Of a DNA stretch of 32,000 bases, positions 24,558 through 32,000 are shown piece after piece. The number at the start of each line of letters is the position of its first letter. The stretch's first letter is position 1. The notes below the pieces were generated by a model. That model worked only from the letters and a program-made list of their open reading frames with translations, was not told the origin of the DNA and ran no database searches. The stretch covers positions 1,560,001 through 1,592,000 of the forward strand of contig NC_018655.1 of the NCBI RefSeq assembly GCF_000299365.1. The letters run 5' to 3'. This stretch comes from Candidatus Nitrosopumilus koreensis AR1. GTDB lineage: Archaea > Thermoproteota > Nitrososphaeria > Nitrososphaerales > Nitrosopumilaceae. Position numbers and translations under genes: made by a program.

Positions 24558-25115
24558 CTAATCTTCTAAGCGAACTTTTGTTGCAGCATTTTTGGCAATT
24601 AGTGCCTGAGCATTCTCATATGGGATAGTAGCAATATCCTCAGCTTTGAAGGGACCGTATTTTTCAAGATCAGCTCCTACAATTTCACCTATCTCCTGTA
24701 GAAATCTTACTGCAATTCTCTTTGTTTTGTGATTTTGAGACAAGGACTCAAGGAATTTTGATTTTCCATTAATTGTTGCTGAAAAGATCATTTCTTTTCT
24801 ATCTTTTTTCTCCTCTTGTGAATCTAGAATGAATTTTTCTTCATCAAGAAGAAAGCTAATTTCCAAATCTTTTAATTTTGAAATTTTTTCCAGTCTAATA
24901 TTTATCAACAAAGATGTAAGTTCTGTAGCCATTTCTATCATAGCTTCTTTGATTTTACTTTCAACACCATCAAACTCCTGTTTTTTCAAATTTCCTATAA
25001 AATCAGATAAATTTCTGTAAAAGTTTGGATTAATTTCTAATAAAGAATCATCTTCAATTTCTCGCAATACTATATGGTGAAGATAATTGATATCAATTTG
25101 ATTTGTTTCAGACAT
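24558..25115 (-). CDS. GINS-like replication factor (Gins51/Gins15-type), tentative
   Basis: The size (185 aa), helical N-terminal half and C-terminal RIAVRFLQEIGEIVGADLEKYGPFKAEDIATIPYENAQALIAKNAA resemble the archaeal GINS A+B domain pattern. Confidence 0.5.
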   Translation of the reverse strand: MSETNQIDINYLHHIVLREIEDDSLLEINPNFYRNLSDFIGNLKKQEFDGVESKIKEAMIEMATELTSLLINIRLEKISKLKDLEISFLLDEEKFILDSQEEKKDRKEMIFSATINGKSKFLESLSQNHKTKRIAVRFLQEIGEIVGADLEKYGPFKAEDIATIPYENAQALIAKNAATKVRLED

Positions 25116-25156
25116 TTCTTACCTAATCCTTAAATGCTGGATGTATTTGTGTTTGA

Positions 25157-26629
25157 TTGAAGTATAAATTGCCCTATAAAGTCAGTCACGGAAAAGCAAT
25201 CCAAGTAACATATTCACCTGACGAGGTTTTTTCAAGAATTCAACATGAGGGAATTCAATTTATCGATCTTCAATTTACTGGTTTAACTGGTCATTTTCAT
25301 CATACCACAATTTCAGCAGACACATTTACTCCTGAACAGATGAGAGACGGGCTACCAAAATTGGATGGTTCATCCATTGTGGGTTTTACTAGTATTGATG
25401 ATTCAGATTTACTTCTAAAACCCGACCCAAATACATTTGCAATAATTCCATGGATGACAGAAAACAAAACAGCTAGAATGCTTTGTGATGTATATTGGGG
25501 AGAAGGTAGAGGCAGATTATCAAGAGATCCTCGTGGAATTTCTCAAAAAGCTGAAGAGTACATCAAAACACAAGGATTTGATTTTAGTACATGGGGTCCA
25601 GAGGTAGAATTTTTTGTTTTTGATAAAGTACATTGGGATGTTTTAACACCATACAAAGGACAATCATATTCAATTGAATCTAAAGAAGCACCATGGAGTC
25701 AAGAGGGAGATGGATATCCAATGGGATTACAGGAAGGATACTATCCCAGTACACCATCAGATACGCTTACACCATACAGAAATGAATGTGTAAATATTCT
25801 AAAGAATAATTTTGGGATTTTATGTGATAATCATCATCATGAAGTTGCAACAGCTGGCCAATGTGAGATTGATATCAAATATGATTATATGACAAATGCG
25901 GCTGATGCTGCACAATCTTACAAATATGTAATTAGAAATGTTGCTCAAAAATATGGCAAGGTTGCAACAATGATGCCAAAGCCAATTGCAATGGATTCAG
26001 GTTCAGGAATGCATGTTAATGTTAGTTTATGGAAAGGAAAGGAAAATACATTCTTTGATCCAGATGATGAAGACGAACTAAGTCAGACTGCAAGATACTT
26101 TTGTGGTGGAATAATTAATCACGCAAAAGCGTTATCAGCAATTTGTAATCCAACCACTAACTCATATCATAGATTAGTGCCAGGTTATGAGGCTCCAGCA
26201 TACATTGCATGGAGTTCTGGAAACCGTTCGGCAATTGTCAGAGTTCCAAAACATCTCAAAGGAAAAGAATATTCCAATCTAAAGAGATTAGAATTTAGAG
26301 CACCTGATCCTTCATCAAACCCATATCTTGTATTTGCTGCAGTTACTGCAGCTGGTATGGATGGACTCAAAAAGAAGACGGATCCTGGTGATCAGGTTCG
26401 TGATGATATTTTCAAAATGACAAAATCAGATAGATCAAAGAGAGGAATTGGCGTTCTTCCAAAGAGTTTAGGAGAAGCGTTAGATGAGTTAGAAAGTGAT
26501 AGAAAATTCCTTAATCCAATTTATACAAATGATGTAATTGATAAAATTATAGAATTAGAAAGAAGAGATCAACGTGAAATTGCCATTAGGCCCCACCCAC
26601 ACGAATTTTATCTGTACTTTGATGTTTAG
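25157..26629 (+). CDS. glnA: glutamine synthetase type I, paralog 2
   Basis: TWGPEVEFFVFD, HHEVATAGQCEIDIKY, KPIAMDSGSGMHVNVSLW, NSYHRLVPGYEAP, GNRSAIVRVP, RLEFRAPDP. TTG start immediately after an in-frame TGA. Confidence 0.9.
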   Translation: MKYKLPYKVSHGKAIQVTYSPDEVFSRIQHEGIQFIDLQFTGLTGHFHHTTISADTFTPEQMRDGLPKLDGSSIVGFTSIDDSDLLLKPDPNTFAIIPWMTENKTARMLCDVYWGEGRGRLSRDPRGISQKAEEYIKTQGFDFSTWGPEVEFFVFDKVHWDVLTPYKGQSYSIESKEAPWSQEGDGYPMGLQEGYYPSTPSDTLTPYRNECVNILKNNFGILCDNHHHEVATAGQCEIDIKYDYMTNAADAAQSYKYVIRNVAQKYGKVATMMPKPIAMDSGSGMHVNVSLWKGKENTFFDPDDEDELSQTARYFCGGIINHAKALSAICNPTTNSYHRLVPGYEAPAYIAWSSGNRSAIVRVPKHLKGKEYSNLKRLEFRAPDPSSNPYLVFAAVTAAGMDGLKKKTDPGDQVRDDIFKMTKSDRSKRGIGVLPKSLGEALDELESDRKFLNPIYTNDVIDKIIELERRDQREIAIRPHPHEFYLYFDV

Positions 26630-26634
26630 ACTCT

Positions 26635-26904
26635 TCAACTAATCTGAAAAATATAGTACAATGAAATTGCCATTAGTGCAAATCCACTTCCAAGAAATAT
26701 TTCTCTTCTTTTTTCTGATGTTGCAGACTTGTACAACAAAACACCACCTGCCAAACCTACAAACAATACCAAAACACCTACAACAACACTATCAAAACTA
26801 GTGTTGGTGATTAATGGATGGAAAAATCCTGCCAGTAATGTAAAAAAAGCAATCAAGTAAACATACTTGAAACCAGTAAGGAATTTTGATGAAGTTTTAT
26901 TCAA
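26635..26904 (-). CDS. small integral membrane protein (about 3 TM), unknown function
   Basis: 89-aa hydrophobic ORF. TTG start. Confidence 0.4.
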   Translation of the reverse strand: MNKTSSKFLTGFKYVYLIAFFTLLAGFFHPLITNTSFDSVVVGVLVLFVGLAGGVLLYKSATSEKRREIFLGSGFALMAISLYYIFQIS

Positions 26905-26935
26905 TGTTGTTCGTAAAAGCAGTTATCAAATAAAC

Positions 26936-26953
26936 TTTTGAAAATTTTCAAAA
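26936..26953. repeat. perfect 18-bp palindrome TTTTGAAAATTTTCAAAA
   Basis: Self-complementary. It lies 6 nt downstream of the thermosome stop and about 40 nt upstream of the small membrane-protein start. It could act as a terminator hairpin/T-tract or as an operator. Confidence 0.4.
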
Positions 26954-26958
26954 ATAAT

Positions 26959-28662
26959 CTACATCATTCCGCCCATGTCAGGCATTCCACCCATTCCAGG
27001 GGGCATTCCACCCATTCCACCCATTCCAGGGGGCATTCCGCCTTCACCGCCGCCAGGTGGACCGCCGGCAGATTTTTGGGTTGCAATTACATCATCAATT
27101 CTCAGAATCATACATGCAGCTTCGGCAGCTGCAGAAACAATTTGGAGTTTCACTGCAAGAGGTTCAATAATATCACTAGATTTCATATTTCCAATCTTTC
27201 CTTTCATTACATCAATACCTGTCCATTTCTCACCTTTCTGTTGTTTTGAACGTAATAATGTAAGAGTGTCAATTGGATCCATACCAGCATTTTCTGCGAG
27301 TGTTAATGGAATTGATTCTAAGGCATCAGCAAATTTTTCTGCAGCTAGTTGTTCTCTTCCTTCAAGAGATTTAGCCCAATTTCTGAGTTTTGTAGCAGCA
27401 TATGTTTCAGGAGCTCCTCCACCTGCCACAATCTCTGGTTTTTCAATTACATCTTTTACAACCATCAGTGCGTCATGAACAGAACGTTCTACTTCATCAA
27501 CTACTCTTTGTGAACCTCCACGGAGAAGTAAAGTAACAGATTTTGGATGTTTGCATCCCTCAACAAATACCCACTTGTCTTCCTCAATCTTCCTTTCCTC
27601 AACAAGGTCAGCACTTCCAAGGTCTTTTTCAAAGAGATCATCAAGATTTGTAACGATTCTTGCACCTGTTGCTTTTGCTAGTTTTGTCAAGTCACTTTCT
27701 TTAATTCTTCTAACAGCAATAATTCCTGCCTTTGCAAGATAATGTTGTGCCATATCATCGATTCCTTTTTGGCACAATACTACATTTGCACCAGAACCAA
27801 TGACTTTGTCAACCATTGTTTTTAGCATTCTGTTTTCCTCATCTAGAAATGATTTCAATTGTTGTGGATTTGAAATGTTAATTTTAGCATCAGTTTCAGT
27901 TTTGTTTATTTCTAATGCTGTATTAATTAAAGCAATTTTAGCATCATTGATTTTTCTTGGCATGCCTCCATGAACAATTTCTTTGTCAAGAACTATGCCC
28001 TGAACAATCATTGAATCCTTAATTGAACCACCAGCTTTCTTTTCAACTTTAATATCATCAATATCGACACCATATTTTTCAGAGTCTTTTTCTGCAACAG
28101 CAAGTACTGATTTTACAATAATATCGGCAAGTAGATCAGAATCTTTTCTAACAAGTTTAGTTTGCATAGAAGTTTTTGCAATTTTATTAAGAATATTTTT
28201 ATCATTTGCAGAAATTGTATCTGCAATACTTTCAAGGAATTGTTTGGCTTTTTTTGCAGCTTTTCTATAGCCGTCAACAATAATTGTTGGATGGACATCT
28301 TGATCAATCAAGGATTCAGCATTTTCAAGTAGTGCTCCTGCTAAGACTACAGCAGAAGTTGTTCCATCGCCAACTTCATTGTCAGTTGTTTTAGAGATTT
28401 CAACTAGCATTTTTGCTGCTGGGTGTTGAACATCAATTTCTTTGAGAATTGTTGCACCGTCATTTGTAATAGTAACATCGCCTAATGAATCAACTAGCAT
28501 TTTATCCATGCCTCTAGGACCTAGGCTGGTATGAACAATTTCAGCAACTATTTTTGATGCGGCAATATTGTTCTTTTGTGCATCTCTACCTTTAGTTTCT
28601 GAACCGCCTTCTTTGAGCAAGACGACAGGCATATTTCCTTTGGAAGTAGCTTGCATACCCAT
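26959..28662 (-). CDS. ths: thermosome subunit (group II chaperonin)
   Basis: [38 protein letters not shown]-terminal [10 protein letters not shown] tail. Start moved to ATG 28662 ([10 protein letters not shown]…), which sits about 28 nt from a TATA box and matches the usual thermosome N-terminus. Confidence 0.9.
   Translation of the reverse strand: MGMQATSKGNMPVVLLKEGGSETKGRDAQKNNIAASKIVAEIVHTSLGPRGMDKMLVDSLGDVTITNDGATILKEIDVQHPAAKMLVEISKTTDNEVGDGTTSAVVLAGALLENAESLIDQDVHPTIIVDGYRKAAKKAKQFLESIADTISANDKNILNKIAKTSMQTKLVRKDSDLLADIIVKSVLAVAEKDSEKYGVDIDDIKVEKKAGGSIKDSMIVQGIVLDKEIVHGGMPRKINDAKIALINTALEINKTETDAKINISNPQQLKSFLDEENRMLKTMVDKVIGSGANVVLCQKGIDDMAQHYLAKAGIIAVRRIKESDLTKLAKATGARIVTNLDDLFEKDLGSADLVEERKIEEDKWVFVEGCKHPKSVTLLLRGGSQRVVDEVERSVHDALMVVKDVIEKPEIVAGGGAPETYAATKLRNWAKSLEGREQLAAEKFADALESIPLTLAENAGMDPIDTLTLLRSKQQKGEKWTGIDVMKGKIGNMKSSDIIEPLAVKLQIVSAAAEAACMILRIDDVIATQKSAGGPPGGGEGGMPPGMGGMGGMPPGMGGMPDMGGMM
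26962..27042 (-). repeat. in-frame tandem repeat encoding the thermosome Gly-Gly-Met/Pro tail
   Basis: GGCATTCCACCCATTCCAGGG-type units reiterated at 26981-27001, 27002-27031 and 27032 onward. Confidence 0.8.
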
Positions 28663-28685
28663 TGATGCAAAAACTCCAGATTCCC

Positions 28686-28695
28686 CTTTTATACC
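28686..28695 (-). promoter_or_regulatory. TATA box of the thermosome gene
   Basis: The minus strand reads GGTATAAAAG, centred about 28 nt upstream of ATG 28662. Confidence 0.4.
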
Positions 28696-28733
28696 TTCCA
28701 GATCAAGAGTGGATGGTTTACAAACTATCGGTG

Positions 28734-28743
28734 TTTTTAAATT
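28734..28743 (+). promoter_or_regulatory. TATA box of glyA
   Basis: TTTTTAAATT is centred about 27 nt upstream of ATG 28765. Confidence 0.4.
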
Positions 28744-28764
28744 GGGAAAATCAAGTTGCAAAAT

Positions 28765-30087
28765 ATGGTTAAATCACAAAATAAAGAATCTTACAATAAA
28801 ATTTTTACAAAATTAAAGGAGCATCATAAATGGTTTGAAAACTCAATCCCATTAATTGCCAGCGAGAACATCCCAAGTCCTGCAGTTAGAGAAGCCATAA
28901 TTTCAGATTTTGGCAATAGATACGCCGAGGGTTGGCCTGGAGAAAGAGTCTATGCGGGTTGTATCTACATTGATGATGTAGAATTTGAATGCATGAAACT
29001 GGCTAAAAAATTATACAAAGCAAAGTTTGCAGATGTTAGACCAATTTCAGGTGTTGTAGCAAATCTTGCAGTGTATTCTGCTTTTTCAAATCCAGGAGAT
29101 GTTATGCTAGCCCCATCTATTCCAGCTGGGGGCCATATTTCACATGGTAAAAAGGAGCATTCTGGAACTGCAGGATTGGTTCATGGTTTAGAAATTGAGT
29201 TTTATCCATTTGATGCAGAAGAGATGACAATTGATGTAGACAAAACAAAACAGAAAGTAAAGGAGTTAAAGAAAAGTAATCGGCTTCCAAAAATAGCAAT
29301 GTTTGGAGGCTCATTATTCTTGTTTCCACATCCTGTCAAAGAGCTTTCAGATTTTCTAAAGAGTTATGATATGCACATCAATTATGATGCAGCTCATGTT
29401 GCAGGATTAATTGCAGGTGGAAAATTTCAAGACCCACTTCGTGAGGGAGCAGATACAATGACAATGAGTACTCATAAGACTTTGTTTGGACCTCAGGGGG
29501 GATTAGTTCTAGGTTCTGAGAAACATGGGGAACCAATCAAAAAAGCTACATTCCCAGGTCTCACAAGTAGTCACCACATCAACAATATGGCAGGAAAAGC
29601 AGTAGCATTTGCTGAGGCTTTAGAGTTTGGTAAAGATTATGCCTCACAAGTTATAAAAAATGCAAAATCACTTGCAGACGCATTAAGTGATGCAGGATTC
29701 AAAGTCTTAGGTGAGACCAGAGGATTTACCCAATCACATCAAATTGCTGTCAATGTTTTAGATTATTCTGATGGCGGAAAAGTTGAAGCCGACTTGGAGA
29801 AAGCAAACATAATTGTAAACAGACAATTAATTCCGGGAGACATCAAAGCAGGAAGGAATTATTTCCATCCAGGCGGAATCAGATTAGGGGTTTCCGAGAT
29901 CACCAGACTTGGAATGAAAAAGAATGAGATGCAAGAGATTGCATCATTCATCAAACAAGTAGTAATAGATAAGAAAGATCCAAAGAAATTACTGTCCAAA
30001 GTAAAGTCATTTAGAAAGAATTACCAAAAGGTGAAATTCTGTTTTGACAATAAATTAGGCGCATATGAATATGTCAAATTGCGATAA
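28765..30087 (+). CDS. glyA: serine hydroxymethyltransferase
   Basis: LIASEN, the PLP-lysine motif STHKTLFGPQGG, SSHH. ATG 28765 is preferred over the track's TTG 28756 on promoter geometry. Confidence 0.9.
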   Translation: MVKSQNKESYNKIFTKLKEHHKWFENSIPLIASENIPSPAVREAIISDFGNRYAEGWPGERVYAGCIYIDDVEFECMKLAKKLYKAKFADVRPISGVVANLAVYSAFSNPGDVMLAPSIPAGGHISHGKKEHSGTAGLVHGLEIEFYPFDAEEMTIDVDKTKQKVKELKKSNRLPKIAMFGGSLFLFPHPVKELSDFLKSYDMHINYDAAHVAGLIAGGKFQDPLREGADTMTMSTHKTLFGPQGGLVLGSEKHGEPIKKATFPGLTSSHHINNMAGKAVAFAEALEFGKDYASQVIKNAKSLADALSDAGFKVLGETRGFTQSHQIAVNVLDYSDGGKVEADLEKANIIVNRQLIPGDIKAGRNYFHPGGIRLGVSEITRLGMKKNEMQEIASFIKQVVIDKKDPKKLLSKVKSFRKNYQKVKFCFDNKLGAYEYVKLR

Positions 30088-30088
30088 T

Positions 30089-32000
30089 TCAGGCATAGTC
30101 TGTAAGAAGTGATTGGTCGCCTGGACTTTTTCCAAATACTAATTCAATTTCATCAGCAAGTGCATGAATCCTTCCCCGTTGATATTCACTAACATCATAT
30201 TTGTCAACAAGTCTTTTTGCAAGTTTCAAATATTTTTCTACAGAGCCACGAGTTATTGTAGGAATTAGTTTATGGCCACATACACAAGTTTGGATTAGTG
30301 GCATACGTCGATAAGATTTACCACATCCAGTACACCTAAAGTTTTGTCTAGCATATGCTCTTAGATTTCCCATAATGTCTGGTACAAGATGAGTTGAAAT
30401 GACATCTGAAACAATTTCTGAAGTATTTACAGCATCAATCAATTCTGCATTTTTAACTTGCATATCAAATTTGTCTAGCATCGATCCAAGAGTCGAATAT
30501 GCACTGCGTGATTTTGAAGTTGTAAGAGATGATGTTGAGTGAGTGAAATAATAGTCATAAAACTGTCTTTCTGTTTCAAGTCTAGATTTGATAATTTCAA
30601 CTGATGAAATATCTGGGGCTTTGACTTGTTGAATTGTTGATTCAAAAAATTCCAAAGGAAATGATTTTGTGACCTCAAGATTATGTGCTTGTGGTTGGGA
30701 TTCATGTGGTAAAACAAGAGGTTGAACAAGCAGTGGCGCATCCATCAATCCACCTATAGCATCTGAAAGGAATTGTCTTGAAAAATTCAAAAGACTATCC
30801 ATCAATAACATTATTGAGTCAGCATCGCCGTCTGCGTCCCTTCTTTTTGCTGAATGCCAGTTGGGAGTTGCAAAACAGACATGGGTTTCAGAATATCCAA
30901 TGATTCTACCTACTATGCCAACTGATGTATGAGGAGCAAGACCAATTACCAAATGTCCAATCAGTTCTTTTGAGTTGTGTACATTGTAAAATGGAGTTTT
31001 ACCATAGAATTTTTCTAAAAGCGTATCAATGTATTTGCAGATAGAAACAAGATATCTTCCACTTTCATAGGGGATTACCACATCTTGCATACGGAGTTCA
31101 ACTATCTGTTCAGGATTTTCAAGGGGGTTGCCATCAATATCATGCGTATAACCTAATTCTTTGAGTTTTTCAATTGAGGTTCCAATCCAAGACGGTTTGA
31201 ATTGTGTGAGAGGTGAGTTTGTCGCATCAAATCTGACAGTTCCATCTTTGAACACTGTAAGTCCAAAGTTTTGTCGGGCAAGTCCTTTTTCCAAAGGTTC
31301 GGCAATCTTATCTTGACTGATTAATTCCTTTACTCCCTTGAATGGTTCTTGTGCACGTAAACGGATTTTTTCTTGAGCTTCAAGGAGTTTTGATTTTAAT
31401 GGAAATTCTTTATGTGAATACGCTAAAGCGGTTCGTTTGCATTTATCACAAAAAGGTTCTTCAAGTGTATCTCTACAATAAGGACACCTATAAGAAACGG
31501 TAGTTTTTGTACCACATTTTGAGCATTTTATTCCAATTGATGGTTGGTTACATTGTGTACAATGTCGATTGTAAATGTTAGTGAAAAAGTGTTCATTTCT
31601 AGATGCCTTTAACAGATCCCGTGTAGGCCCACCTTTGTCACTTATAGGAAACAACACATGTGTTGGCGGTTTCATCTGTCTAGGTGCAGCCTTTTCTGGT
31701 CTTCCAATCCTAACCCCAATAGATGTAGAAAACTTGTTTCTAATTTTAATTCCAGAGGATTTTGAAATTAATTGAGGAACGGATGAATCATTGATTTTAA
31801 TTTGCTCTCGAAATAATAAATTAAAGAAAATTTTTGCTTCAAGGTTTTCAAGGAGGATGTTATCATTTTCAACTATATGTGGAACTCCTAATGTTTCAAG
31901 GATTTTTTTTACTTGTATAGAATATTCAATTGAGGTTTCATTGATTTTTTCAGGTTGTAAAAGTAGGTTGAGTTCTTCGGAGGATATTTTATCCCAAAAA
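30089..32000 (-). CDS. polC: DNA polymerase II (PolD) large subunit DP2, C-terminal ~635 aa; 5' part lies beyond the right edge
   Basis: GVRIGRPEKA, MKPPTHVLFPI, Zn clusters CTQC…CSKC…CPYC…CDKC and CTGC…CVCG, catalytic HSAKRRDADGDADS. I translated the frame by hand from 31675 to 32000 and found no stop. Confidence 0.85.
   Translation of the reverse strand, partial: FWDKISSEELNLLLQPEKINETSIEYSIQVKKILETLGVPHIVENDNILLENLEAKIFFNLLFREQIKINDSSVPQLISKSSGIKIRNKFSTSIGVRIGRPEKAAPRQMKPPTHVLFPISDKGGPTRDLLKASRNEHFFTNIYNRHCTQCNQPSIGIKCSKCGTKTTVSYRCPYCRDTLEEPFCDKCKRTALAYSHKEFPLKSKLLEAQEKIRLRAQEPFKGVKELISQDKIAEPLEKGLARQNFGLTVFKDGTVRFDATNSPLTQFKPSWIGTSIEKLKELGYTHDIDGNPLENPEQIVELRMQDVVIPYESGRYLVSICKYIDTLLEKFYGKTPFYNVHNSKELIGHLVIGLAPHTSVGIVGRIIGYSETHVCFATPNWHSAKRRDADGDADSIMLLMDSLLNFSRQFLSDAIGGLMDAPLLVQPLVLPHESQPQAHNLEVTKSFPLEFFESTIQQVKAPDISSVEIIKSRLETERQFYDYYFTHSTSSLTTSKSRSAYSTLGSMLDKFDMQVKNAELIDAVNTSEIVSDVISTHLVPDIMGNLRAYARQNFRCTGCGKSYRRMPLIQTCVCGHKLIPTITRGSVEKYLKLAKRLVDKYDVSEYQRGRIHALADEIELVFGKSPGDQSLLTDYA

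Noticed and set aside
26962-27042. A tandem nucleotide repeat that might be taken for a CRISPR-like or satellite array.
   Set aside because: The units are contiguous with no spacers. They are in-frame and encode the well-known Gly-Gly-Met C-terminal tail of chaperonins.
26938-27478. Two plus-strand ORFs (26938-27249, rich in HSTHSRG repeats, and 26975-27478, rich in Pro/Gly/Ile) that look like exotic repeat proteins.
   Set aside because: They are antisense or shifted-frame readings of the thermosome gene's repetitive GGM/PPGMGG tail and body. The minus-strand frame has overwhelming chaperonin motifs.
28663-28761. The 33-aa N-terminal extension of the thermosome ORF, starting at TTG 28761.
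   Set aside because: It is not part of the conserved thermosome N-terminus, it contains the gene's own TATA-like box, and it would overlap the glyA start region.
30089-32000. Possibility of an intein or a disrupted (pseudogene) PolD large subunit, because the track ORF starts at an internal Met (31675).
   Set aside because: Hand translation shows the frame stays open from 31675 to the window edge with DP2-like sequence (…GVRIGRPEKAAPRQMKPPTH…). The gene simply continues beyond the window, and no intein-like insertion is visible in the part present.

Overview
This is an AT-rich, very tightly packed archaeal chromosome segment with about 36 protein genes and one tRNA. I saw no rRNA, CRISPR array, transposase, integrase or recognisable defence gene. 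The gene content includes a thermosome, the PolD large subunit, a GINS-like protein, an archaeal class I CCA-adding enzyme, a membrane-anchored cupredoxin and two glutamine synthetases. Together with the base composition, this suggests a streamlined marine ammonia-oxidising thaumarchaeon (Nitrosopumilus-like). That assignment is inference, since no database search was possible.

Most of the window is core housekeeping:
- a translationally coupled prs / THUMP-methyltransferase / RNase Z / Sir2 operon
- a UPF0201 / UPF0200 / ThpR / CCA-adding enzyme / kinase / tRNA-Pro neighbourhood
- thermosome, glyA and PolD DP2 at the right edge

Genes overlap or abut at many junctions. TATA-like boxes sit about 25-30 nt upstream of several start codons, which implies leaderless or near-leaderless mRNAs.

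The best candidate for something undescribed lies at 9.0-13.8 kb. A KamA-family radical-SAM aminomutase has Arg and Ser in place of its two lysine-binding aspartates, so it is probably not a lysine 2,3-aminomutase. It sits directly upstream of one of the two glutamine synthetase paralogs and back-to-back with an MscS-type channel. I propose, as a hypothesis only, a beta-glutamate/beta-glutamine-type compatible-solute module.

Other points worth a second look:
- a secreted protein whose predicted mature N-terminus is a histidine
- a J-domain protein with HSD instead of HPD plus a beta-rich C-terminal region
- a dCache-HAMP-adenylate cyclase
- a ferredoxin with a CxxDxxC motif
- a 16-bp tandem operator-like repeat
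- forced TTG starts on both GS genes

All functional calls rest on motifs read by eye from the supplied translations.
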